Positions 21,795 to 32,881 of a stretch of DNA of 64,000 bases are shown piece by piece. The notes below the pieces were generated by a model, which saw nothing but the letters and a program-made list of their open reading frames with translations, was not told the DNA's origin and ran no database searches. The stretch is taken from contig NC_092679.1 in the NCBI RefSeq assembly GCF_964355755.1, positions 19,513,432 to 19,577,431 on the forward strand, read 5' to 3'. Source of the DNA: Antedon mediterranea (Eukaryota; Animalia; Echinodermata). How positions within the stretch are numbered: the first letter of the stretch is position 1; every line of letters starts with the position of its first letter. The position numbers and the translations under genes were made by a program.

Positions 21795-21927
21795 AGCTCT
21801 GTCTACACTAGCAAACTTTATGTGACAAAAAAATGTGATGTTCCCATATATTGACATGATGGTGTCATATCTACCTAACTACCTTATTTGGGCACATCAC
21901 ACTTTTTTTGATAGTGTAGACAGAGCT
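21795..21927. mobile_element. MITE family A copy
   Basis: Intact TIRs; TTA target duplication on both sides. Confidence 0.85.
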
Positions 21928-22287
21928 TTATATGTTTATCAAGCTGTAATAAAGTTCATGAAAATGTGCCATTCACAAATTCTTCCAATCAATTATTGTA
22001 AGGCAACAAAACAGTGCCAGACATGGGTCCATGATGGGATTATACCTGTAGCTGCAGTACAATATTAATCCCATGTACTAACTTAGTCATAATAAACAAT
22101 GTATCTTTGGTAATTTATGTAGATGCCGTTTTAAGGAACAGACCTGCCGCTATTTATTTAATAGCTTCTGAGATGTTTAAATAATTTAGATTTTTTTTTT
22201 TGGTTGCTATGATGCAACAGAGAGTCTCCAAACATCAATCGTGACAACCATAAGATCTGAAAGACTTCCAGTAGGTACTGTATGAAA

Positions 22288-22426
22288 GTGTGGTTCCCAC
22301 TTGGATGCAACAAGACGATATAGACACAATGCAATCACGAGCGACAGTTTTGATGATCTTGATTGGTCAAATTACTTGCTGTGCGTTTACGTCCTTGTTG
22401 TGTCGCATCCAAGTGGAAACCAAGCT
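22288..22426. mobile_element. Harbinger-like MITE, family B, just past the zinc-finger stop codon
   Basis: TGGTTCCCACTTGGATGC ... GCATCCAAGTGGAAACCA; related to 37873-38093. Confidence 0.7.
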
Positions 22427-22436
22427 TAAAGAAAAG

Positions 22437-25400
22437 TTAATTTATAAGAAGAATTCTAATATTTCCTTCCATGTCTCTGAGTGGGTTAGTAATCTCACTG
22501 AGAGACGCCAAACAAGAGGCAATATCTTCAGTTTCTTCTTGATCTGTTGATATCACAGTCTTTTCCTCTTTTGCAATCTGTGCCAATACATTTAGTTGAG
22601 AATCAGACGGCATAAGCAGAGCATTCGAGTTGTCGTGCATGGACGGTTTTTGTTCCGTTTCTTCAACCGGACTTGGTTCTACCTTATCAATCATTTTATG
22701 AGTCTTTGCTAAATGTATTCCATCTGTTTTTAAGACTTTCCCATGCTTTGCATATAAATGTCTTTTATACGTGTTCCTGGTTTTGAACCGGGCAGAGCAC
22801 TCAGTGCAGCCAAATGGTTCCTCGCCCGTGTGTCGTCGCAGGTGTTCCCTGAAATGACTGGCGTGTCTGAATTCTCTGCCGCAATGTTCGCAAGTAAACC
22901 GACTTTGGTCGTTATGGATCATCATGTGATACTTGAGACTGTGTAGCCGAGTGAATGTAGCTGAACAAACTTTGCAGGAGTATGGTTTTATACCTGTAAA
23001 TGAAAAAAAAAAATTGTTGTGGAGCTTTAGATTGGTGGTTAATCTTCTTGCTTTCCAATCTCAAGGTTCAGGGTTAAATTCTGACCTAGTGCCAGGGTTG
23101 TAACTCCCTACTCCTAACTACACTCCCTAAGCCTCAGATAAGACTTAGTCTATAAGCACGATAAATTATTAAATAGTTTATCCATCCTGTAATTAGCAAG
23201 TTACTATGTCTATGAAATGAAACAGATCAGATTGATGAACTGGCTACCAAAATAATTGACTATTCCATATATTGTTTGGGGTTACTTTTATAAAATGTGT
23301 GTGTGCATGTTAACTTACCTGCATGACTCCTGTAGTGGGCACGCAGAGTTCCAAATGCAGTGAGCATCTTTCCACAAATCTCGCATTCCAATAGTTCCCC
23401 CTTTCTAATACGACTTCGTTTGCGTGACTGGTATAAGAGTTCCAAGGCTTGTTTCTAGATGTTTTGATAAAAATATTTACTGGTAATAATTTATTTTTCA
23501 ATATTTTTAGATATTTTTTTAACAGTATTACAAGGAATTTAGCTTTTTAGTAATTGCCACTTGCATTATATGCAAAACTTATTGGGTACTTTATGCAGTT
23601 GTTGTAGATTACTGGCCCAGTAAGTCCCTCGCTAGTAACATGTAAGTTGAAATAGCAATAATAAGTAATGGTACAAAAAAAAAAATTCTTGAAGCATTGT
23701 GAAAACAAATGAAAGGGGAAAATGGGAGAAAGTCAAAGTTTAATGTATGTGGATATGCTGTCATCTCTAACCAGAGTTTAAACTGATGGACTGCAGTTAG
23801 CATCAGTAACACAAAGACAACCACTTACTCTTATTCTTCTCTCATCAGGTGTCAAATGTTGAAAGAGTTCATAGTTGATGACTGCCAGTTGTGGATCCTG
23901 CTTCCTTTTCTTTTTACCTTTTGTCAGGCCAACATCCTGACATACATTGTCCATATCAAAGTCTGTCACAATCTCCACACTATCAATATCAGCTGTAGAA
24001 CTCTTAAACGGCTTCTCTTTCATATCAAGACGCTCTTCTTCTACCACTTCCTCCTCTTGAAAAACTACTTGATAATCTTGATAATCTTGACTAGTAATTT
24101 CCGGTTCAGGTATTGGCATACCAGATGAGTCAGTATGTAGAGCTGTTGGCAGAGGTTTTGTTGGAAGGAGCGCGTAGACGTGGTCGACATGAGGCGGTGT
24201 AAGAGGAACGACCTCCATCATGGCAATCAGGTCATCAGCAGTACCCTGCATGTATGTCTGTACGACGATCTCTGCACCAATATTATCTGCATTGATTTCC
24301 TCTGTTATACAGTTCTCACCAATAGGTAGATCAAAAATGAACTCTGAGCTTTCTGAAGATATGTCTCTCTGTAATGATTTTGGAGGTCTTCCTAACTTAA
24401 CTTCTTCTTTTGGTAAATCTATGACATTATTTACTGACAGACTCTGCTCTTCGACTGTCTGTCTTGGGATTTTTATATCTGCATCTTCTGGTTTGTTGGG
24501 TGTTTCTGAGGTACTGGATAGGTTGATCAATCTTCCTTTGGGTAGAAACACAAGTTCATTCACTCCTTCATCAGAATGAATGATTGTAAACTTGTCATCA
24601 ATGTGTTTACTGTCACTATGCAACACTTTAGCTAGTATTCTTTCACTTCTTCTTCCTTGTTTTGTTGCGTCTTGCTCATCTTCATTTTCCGACTCTTTCA
24701 TGAAATGCTTTTGGGGAGATGTTTCTGAAGCTATATAAATAGATGTAATTTGTTAAAATAAATGTATCAAACTAGTTTGCCCAAATATGGTAGGAATGTC
24801 ACATCATCATGTCCATATATGGGCACATCACATGTTTTTGTCACATAAAGTTTGATAGTGTAGAGAGAGATTTAGAGTTAGAAAGCATGTGTCCACATAA
24901 TCAAGATATCTTAGTAAGTTAACATAAATTAAATGATTGAACTTACATTCACTGTCTACACAAAGTGGCCTCTTCACTGCAGTGATATTAACAGTATCCT
25001 TTGCTCTCTTTGAATCTGGATCTAAAATAATAAACAAAATAAATAATTTTTTATATTTTGCATATTGATGTAATTTTCTGGAAAAAATAATCCCAGTTGG
25101 TTTAAGCTGAATAACTTGTTGACTCTCTAGACCCAACAAAGCTTAACTTATACAGTGGTTTTGATTACCCAAATTACTGAGTGTCAGGAGTTCCCCAATA
25201 TGTCGAAGTAGATGCCGTCGAATCTCCTCCTTGGTGTCCGAAGCTGAACCGCAAAAAACCTCTCTGCAATTATGCGGCATCATCTGACAGCTGTACTCGT
25301 GCTGGATGATCGTGCTTGATCGATCTTTAGGAATCTGCTTGGTGGTATGAATGGCGTACTTGTCAACAAGTTCTGTTACCGGTAAACGTCGTAATAGATC

Positions 25401-26304
25401 TACGTTCAGCGACTCCTCTTCTGCGAGTTTACTTTTCTTTGATTTGGTTCCAGAATGAGATGGTACTATCTTTTTCTAAAAAAATAAATATTAATGTTTT
25501 ATTTTACATTTGCAAACAATCAATCGTTCCATTTTTAAAACGCCAAAAATAAAAAATATTGATTCTTACAATTATTTAATACAGTTTTTTATTTTTTTAG
25601 TTATTTTCTATTGTCACCAAGTGTAACACCAGGAAACAACCTTACTTTTGTTCCTTTCTTTGATGGTGTCTGTGGTTTCTTTTTCGCTTTTTTTAATGGG
25701 GAAGGTGGCGACAGATTTTTTGCCATCATCTTGCTCACGATTCGGCTTGACCTTCGTGTACTTTGTGGCACTTCTGAATCTAATTGGTGACCTGAAGTTT
25801 CTTTTGATACAAAAGATTTTTAGTTATAGGAAAAAAAGATTGATTTATTATTTAAAAAACAAAATAAACAATACAAACATTCTAAAGAAGGGAAAATACA
25901 ACTTTATTTTGGAGAACAAAGACCATATCTTTCTTAAAAGTTTGTCTTATCATGGATTGATTCTATTTCTTCAATACAATTGAAATTTTAAGTATAAAAT
26001 AGGCCTATATAAACATATTTTGTTGTTAAATATATTTATACTTTATATCATTTAAACATAATAAAGTTAAACACAGTGTTTATAGTTTGTACAGTACGTT
26101 CTGTATGTATGTAGCAGCACACACAGCAGCAAGTCACGAAGACGAAATACGATTGTCATTGCTGAATATTATAACAATCATTTTTAATGCTTTAAGCAGA
26201 AATCTGTTATGTAAAATATAACTCTAGTAAGGCTACATACCATCTGGTACACATAGCTCCAAAGATCGCTGAGGTTTGTTTTGTTTTCTCTTGGTTGAAG
26301 ACAT
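22437..26304 (-). CDS. C2H2 zinc-finger transcription factor (four canonical C-terminal fingers, one atypical N-terminal finger), 7 coding exons
   Basis: Phase-consistent exons (-): 26304-26241, ~25800-25646, 25475-25169, 25021-24947, 24730-23829, 23454-23319, 22993-22437. Fingers CEICGK..HYRSH, CKVC..HMMIH, CEHC..HLRRH, CTEC..HLYAKH; linkers AGIKPY and TGEEPF. Confidence 0.9.
23018..23225 (+). mobile_element. tRNA-derived SINE-like fragment
   Basis: Same family as 62951-63200 (CTGACCTAGTGCCAGGGTTGTAACT..CCTAAGCCTCA..TTTATCCATCCTGTAATTAGC). Confidence 0.65.
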
Positions 26305-26541
26305 TTTAATTGATTTAAATCAATTTTTGCGTCTTCTGCTCCAATTTGAAGTCGTCTGCTTTGCGAATTGTAAGCGAGGTCATATTATATGACCCAGAAA
26401 TAAGTTTTTTATTTTTGGAATATTTTCTTAATTTATATTAATCTTACGTAGATTATAAAGCACATAATTTCAAATTAAACAATAAAATTATTTTAAAACC
26501 TCCAAATAATATTTTTATAATTTTAGAATAATCAATGATGT

Positions 26542-26554
26542 GCCGGAAATGGCG
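26542..26554. promoter_or_regulatory. ETS/YY1-like composite motif in the likely promoter of the zinc-finger gene
   Basis: GCCGGAAATGGCG about 240 bp upstream of the ATG. Confidence 0.4.
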
Positions 26555-26971
26555 ATTTCCGATTTTTCGATGTCGTAAAAATAGCAAAAGGTTTTTGTTG
26601 ACACTCTGTTTTCCAAAGGTCAAATTTTACTGCACACCCCACATCAAAATTGAGAAAAAATAAGAAACATTGTAAGTTGATTGTAGATAATTTATTTGAT
26701 TTGGCATGTTATGTGTGGCATTAAACGTGTGTAACATACTTGGTGAATATTATAGTATAATGTTATAACAGATACCAAAATTGTATAACGAAATCCATTA
26801 ATATTGATATTGGTCTCTACTAAAATAGGCCACACAAGCTAGGCCTAGCCAGTCAAAGAAAGGAGGAGAGCTAGTATTACTATTACTATTACTATTACTA
26901 TTAGGAGGGGTAGTTAGGCCTACTAAATTATCTTGCTATCACTAGACTGAGGCCTAGGCCTAGTCTAATAG

Positions 26972-29964
26972 GGATCCAGTCAAGTCGCCCCATCGCAAAG
27001 TCGCCCCATACAAAGTCGCCCAATACAAAGTCGCCCCATCGCAAAGTCGCCCCAAAACAAAGTCGCCCCGGCACAGTCGCCCCATCGCAAAGTCGCCCCA
27101 TTACAAAGTCGCCCCATCGCAAAGTCGCTCCATCGCAAAGTCGCCCCAACGCAAAGTCGCCCCATTGCAAAGTCGCCCACGGTTTTAATCATATTGGGTG
27201 CGTTTGATATCGATTGCGTTGTTACTTTGGTTGCGCTAAATGTCGTATACATTATAATGTTTATCATATTATATATGTTATGCGCGATTTGAACGATTTG
27301 CGCAATTTGAAATTGCGCAAAAAAAATCCTTACGCAATTTGAATTGAAACATGTGTTTCAAATTGCGCAAGCAACGTATTAAATTGCGCAAGTAATCTGC
27401 AAATTGCGCAAAGTTTTTCGACAGATTGTGAAATCATGCACACCCATATTTTTATAGTAATTTCTAAGAATGATTCAAAATTAAAGATAAATATCGCATT
27501 TCCTTATTTTAGTAGTGCAAATATTGTTATAAGTTAGCATACCGTCGAAGAACCGACGAAGGAAAACGAAGCGGTGGTGTTCCACCAGGCGGGCGTGGCG
27601 CGGGCGGCCGGCTATACTACTCTAGCCTAGCTAGGGTCTGGACTACTGATACTGACTAGGTTACATGGCCTAGCTTAAACTAATATTAAAAACTTAATTT
27701 TTACATTTATTTTGATTTATTTCAAGTTACAGTGATAATATTATTTAATTGTAATAATAAATGTTATGTATTTATTATACACATGTTATCTTCGCATTTA
27801 TTATGTTTTATTTTGAGTTATTTAGTTTCCAATAAATTATTATAATACCGATTGTCTGGTAGAATTTTGTTGCGCAATTTGAAAATTTACAGTTCGTTTT
27901 CAAATTGCGCAAAGGTGTCATTTTGCGCAAGAACTATCTTGCGCAATTTACAAATTGTGCAGCGCAATTTAAAATTGCGCAAAGATTTTCTTGCGCAATT
28001 TGAAATTGCGCAAGTTGATTGCGCAATTTGAAATTGCGCAAAAAAATCCTTGCGCAATTTTAAATTGCGCAAGAATTCTTTGCGCAATTTCAAATTGCGC
28101 AAGGATTTTTTTGCGCAATTTCAAATTGCGCAAATCGTTCAAATCGCGCATAACATATACATAATTTGTGTTTTAATTTTTATTTTACAGGTTTTAATGG
28201 AGTGATGTGCTTTTTAAAAATCATTAAAAAAAATAGTTCCTAAAAAGATTATCCCTGATTTATAGTTTCGAAAATGTTAATTTAATATGATTTTAAAATT
28301 AGTTACCAGAGCCACAATTACGAATCTTTCTTCAACCTACGCGTGGATACCAGCTAATTTTTTAGGATAATATAATAAATGTATAAAAATGTGTAGTACT
28401 AGTAGTAGGCCTTCGTATAGATTTACAGTAGTTAAAACAATAACAGTGTTGTGAGACAATGAGTGTTAGGCTACTTATTGATCATTTTGCATTTATTGAC
28501 AAGTTATGTGTCTTAATTTTATAATGACTTTTCAAAATGAAGAAATAAGAAAAAAGGATTTCATCGCCGATATGATTGTTTTACATGCAGGTATTTTAGT
28601 AAAATTAAAATGCTACATTTTGACCATGGAAAAACCATCGTACAGTATCGTGTGCGTGTTTTTTAAAAAGGGGAATCCCCGACGGTCAGCAGAAAGACGT
28701 AGCAGCTGTGAGGAAACAGATACCAGAAGGCGCAGCTCCGATTGGTTTCAGAGAATGTTTCAGATGGCGAGTCGCCTTTTATTCAACAGCACAATGATAA
28801 TTTTACTGAAGAAATTCTTTTCAACCCTTTTGGTTATAGAACATTCTAATTATCATGCCTAATAAATATCCTCATATCGGGTGTTTATTTAATTTTAAAT
28901 TAAACAAGACACTGAAGAGGTACGGAATAATACGTACACGACGGACGTACGACGAATACACACACGCCCGTCATCATTTACGACATATAGTGGTGATATG
29001 ATGCAATTTTATAATGGATATAATGATGGGATTGCCTTTCCAGGCTTACAATCAAGAATCGCATCGACACAATGTAGTTGATATGGGGTTTAAAAAGGCA
29101 CATCGCCTAAACTTTCCCATTATAACTAAACTAAACTAAACTAAACAATCAATGTTCATTGTTATATGTATATAATAATAGTAAACTGAATGTTTATAAA
29201 TAAATTGTTTTACGTAATTTGTTGCATATAAAATAAAAGACACAGACGTAGCCTACGTTTCCTATAAAATATTTCACATTTTAATAATTATGTACTGTTA
29301 AATGACATTATGCTGGATAATACTATAATCTTAAACTATGTTTACATATTATTAATATAGGCCTAATAATAATAATAAATATTCACCAAAGTAAAAATGA
29401 TCTAGATCGTATAACATCATTTTATCGCGACCAAAATTAAACGCAACCGATTTCGAACGCGACTGATATCATCGTAAAACTCCGGCGGGGTTTCCCCATC
29501 TTGAGATGGTGCGTTGTAACCGGCGGAGTAATTACGGGGGTTTCCCTCTGGTAAGCTAGCACGTTAGAGTGCGACCGCGGAGTGATTAGTCGGGGGCTTC
29601 GTCTCTGATGATGGGAGTGCGTGCCGATCGTGTGACCTGAGAGTGAGACTAGGGCCTACATGGCGGGGCTTCCCCCTTTTATGCCTACACGTTCCGTGTT
29701 ATTTTGTGTATCATTGCGACATTTTACGCACTTGTAAACTATTTTTTAACGTTTTGGGGCGACTTTGCGATAGGGCGACTTTGTGATAGGGCGACTTTGC
29801 GATGGGGCGACTTTGCGATGGGGCGACTTTGCGATGGGGCGACTTTGCGATGGGGCGACTGTGTCGGGGCGACTTTGTTTTGGGGCGACTTTGCGATGGG
29901 GCGACTGTGTAAGGGGCGACTTTGTATGGGGCGACTTTGCGATGGGGCGACTTGACTAGCATCC
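26972..29964. mobile_element. Non-autonomous foldback/MuDR-like DNA element with tandem-repeat TIRs
   Basis: Inverted arrays of ~16-bp CAAAGTCGCCCCATCG (26980-27180 vs 29755-29958); termini GGATCCAGTCAAG / CTTGACTAGCATCC; further diverged inverted match 27181-27260 vs 29400-29480; possible decayed 9-bp TSD GTCTAATAG/GTTAAATAC. Superfamily is inferred. Confidence 0.8.
27272..28159. mobile_element. Nested MITE with palindromic TTGCGCAATTTNAAATTGCGCAA subterminal repeats
   Basis: ~70-bp TIRs TATATGTTATGCGCGATTTGAACGATTTGCGC...; TA at both ends. Confidence 0.85.
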
Positions 29965-30196
29965 GTTAAATACTCACTGCGAACACTACAACTATAAGAT
30001 GTCTCAACTTTACACTATAAACTAGCCTTCTATCTATAAGTATATAAAATATGGTATGGTATATTTTTTGCATATTTGTTTTTATTATGACTTAATTTTC
30101 ACTAACTAATCTAAATGTTTATGTTGTCAATTAACAATAATTAATATTTTTATTAAGGTGGCTGGTGGCTTTTTAGTTGTATAGTGCTCTAATTAA

Positions 30197-31219
30197 CACT
30201 TTGACTGCCAAACACGAAGATCTTCGTGTTTGGAAACACAACGCTTGACTGCCAAACACAAAGATCTTCGTGTTTCGCATTTTTTTACGAAATCCGGTAG
30301 ATAGGTTAATTATTGGTATATACTATAAATACGGACACTATATTCGGTCTGGACCGTCAATATTTTACTTTACGAACGATTTTCAAAATGGTACCTGTCG
30401 AAATAACATACACCGCGCATCACAGTAGCGCGTACAGCGATGGTTTGGCGCATTGTGTATCGGTCGCGCGCTAGCTATGCCGCCGAAGCATTACAAAGGT
30501 TTATGTGGATTGGCATGTTTGTTTGTTATCTGAATAAAAAATAATGGATGAATTTTCAATATGAAGTCTTTAATTTTATTATTGTATGGATACCCTAATT
30601 GTTTTGGTGTTTCACTGTAAGTGGCCGAGTTTCACGCAACAAACTTGTTTACAAATGGTATGAATATTATCATCAGTTTACTAGCTAGGCTAGTAGTACT
30701 AGGCTAGCCTAGGCCTAGTCGTAAAACGGTTCCGGACCAACTTTAGGCCTATTTACAGTAACTAGGCCTGGTGTCTTTACTATGTGGATTTTGGCGAAAC
30801 ATTGATGTAAGATGATTTATAAAATGTAATACATTTTTCGATAGTGATAACTTGATTTTATAGGCCTATCGGTGCCGTGTAAGTAACTTTTTCGTTGTTT
30901 GTTGATCTCACCGGGCGATATTTTCATATTGTGATGTCTTGCACAAAATCGCGAATATCTCGACTTTCTTGCCCGAAACTACGAAAAACTCAAAAAGTGG
31001 GTTACTTTCATTTTACTATTACGATTTACATATATTGCGATTTGACAATCGTTGTTGGTACCATTGTAAAGCTAAAATCTTTATGATTATTTTAGTCTAA
31101 ATTACATGTAAATCAGATCACATACATAGTTTCAATCAGCTTTAATAAAAACATCGAATTGGGCTAAAAACGCTGGCGGTGGCAGTTTCTAACTGGAAAA
31201 ACCTCTGGCAGTCAAAGTG
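30197..31219. mobile_element. piggyBac-like non-autonomous element
   Basis: TTAA TSD (30193-30196, 31220-31223); 14-bp TIR CACTTTGACTGCCA / TGGCAGTCAAAGTG; subterminal repeat at ~30245. Confidence 0.88.
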
Positions 31220-31663
31220 TTAATATAGCTAAGCCTAGGTATCTACTGTATACAGATACAATTTTAATGCAATGACAAATATTTTCACTCTCTCATCTGT
31301 ACTATGTACTGTAGTGAATGAAGTATTCTGAACGATTGCTTTATTATATCTGAGTTGCGTTTAATAATATTACATAAAAAATGAATAATTTTATAATAAA
31401 TTAGTCTATTCTGATATAATAAATGTTATTTATAAATTATTGATTTATATTTTGATAATTGAATTAATACTCCCACAATACAGTGTACTGTAGCCATGGT
31501 TACTCTCATTTATATCGTATGGTATTATGCAATAAATCATAAACAAAATTTCAGTTTTCATGGTAGTCAAAATATTACTGCTTTTGAAATCTTGTTATTT
31601 AAATTGTTTATGTGGAGGAGAGGGGTCATTTCCAATTGAGATCCCAGCAACTGTTTAATGTAA

Positions 31664-31992
31664 TGCACTCGTCAATTGTATGACCCACTATACGAACCCC
31701 AGGAGAGGTCATGTTAAAAAACAGGGATGGATGGTACATCAAATCAATAAACAATGTTGTATCAATGTCCATCACTTTACCGCCCACTATATCATTAGCA
31801 CCATGGTCACAGTGCGTCAAAATTGGGGTGTCATGGTCACATTTTTTTATGCATAATGTATTCATAAGGTACAGTATGATTCACATCAGACAAATGACGC
31901 ACCTCTCCCAGTACAGGGGTCGTATAGTGGGTCATACAAATGACGCACCTCTCTCAGGGGTCGTATAGTGGGTCATGCAATTGACAAGTACA
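31664..31992. mobile_element. MITE with ~45-bp TIRs and a duplicated inner right end
   Basis: GTCAATTGTATGACCCACTATACGA ... TCGTATAGTGGGTCATGCAATTGAC. Confidence 0.7.
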
Positions 31993-32617
31993 TAATATAA
32001 TTATTGTTTTATTTTTTATAACTATAATCATAATAACAATAATTACAATAATTTAAAACAATACTATTAATAACTACTACAGTAGTAATGACTATAATTT
32101 TTATGTGTTTGAATTTTAAATGTAAATATGTATAATTATGTTTGTATGATGTAGTATGTTTAAGCGGATATTAGCCCTTGATGGCATTTGCAGCAAAGAA
32201 ATTGAATTGAATTATACTACTGACTGACAGTGACACTGTATTCAGATCCAACATAATTCAAATGTGGAGCGCTAACATAATGTTAATTAATGTGTCAAAA
32301 AGTAATTTCTTTTTTCATTGTATCTTTCAAAAGGGGAAGAATGTGCTGTAGTGCTACTATACTGGATCTGCCCCTGTGTATACAGATACGTTTTTGGCAA
32401 TATATTTTTAACAGTGACCTTTAACCTTTACTGTACCTTCCAGAAAATACATAATAAAACATTAGGAATACTTATAACTGGCTAAATGGTTGCAAAGTTC
32501 AAGTTCAGTATTGTTTATAATTTGTCAATGTCAACATCACACAGCATATGGAGTGATTGATGAATCTAAAAAAAGAATGTCAATGCTATTGCAATGTATT
32601 CAATGATGGTCATTTTA

Positions 32618-32881
32618 AAAGTGTGTCATAGTTCACGGGCTGTTAGCCAGTCATTGGCTGTAAAATGTGTCATAGTTCACAAGCTGTTAGCCAATCAGTG
32701 GCTGGAAAATGTGGCATAGTTCATGGGCTGTTAGCCAATCAGTGGCAGGAAAATGTGGCATAGTTCATGGGCTGTTATGTTAGCCAATCAGTGGCTGGAA
32801 AATGTGGCATAGTTCATGGGCTGTTAGCCAATCAGTGGCTGGAAAATGTGGCATAGTTCATGGGCTGTTAGCCAATCAGTG
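32618..32881. repeat. 44-bp tandem repeat, 6 copies, five with AGCCAATCAG
   Basis: Unit AAATGTGGCATAGTTCATGGGCTGTTAGCCAATCAGTGGCTGGA. Confidence 0.95.

Noticed and set aside
29604-29640. CTGATGA as a hammerhead ribozyme core
   Set aside because: No downstream GAAA or compatible stems.
26928-29962. WGDFAMGRLC and LRNLKLRK repeat ORFs
   Set aside because: Translations of transposon terminal arrays.
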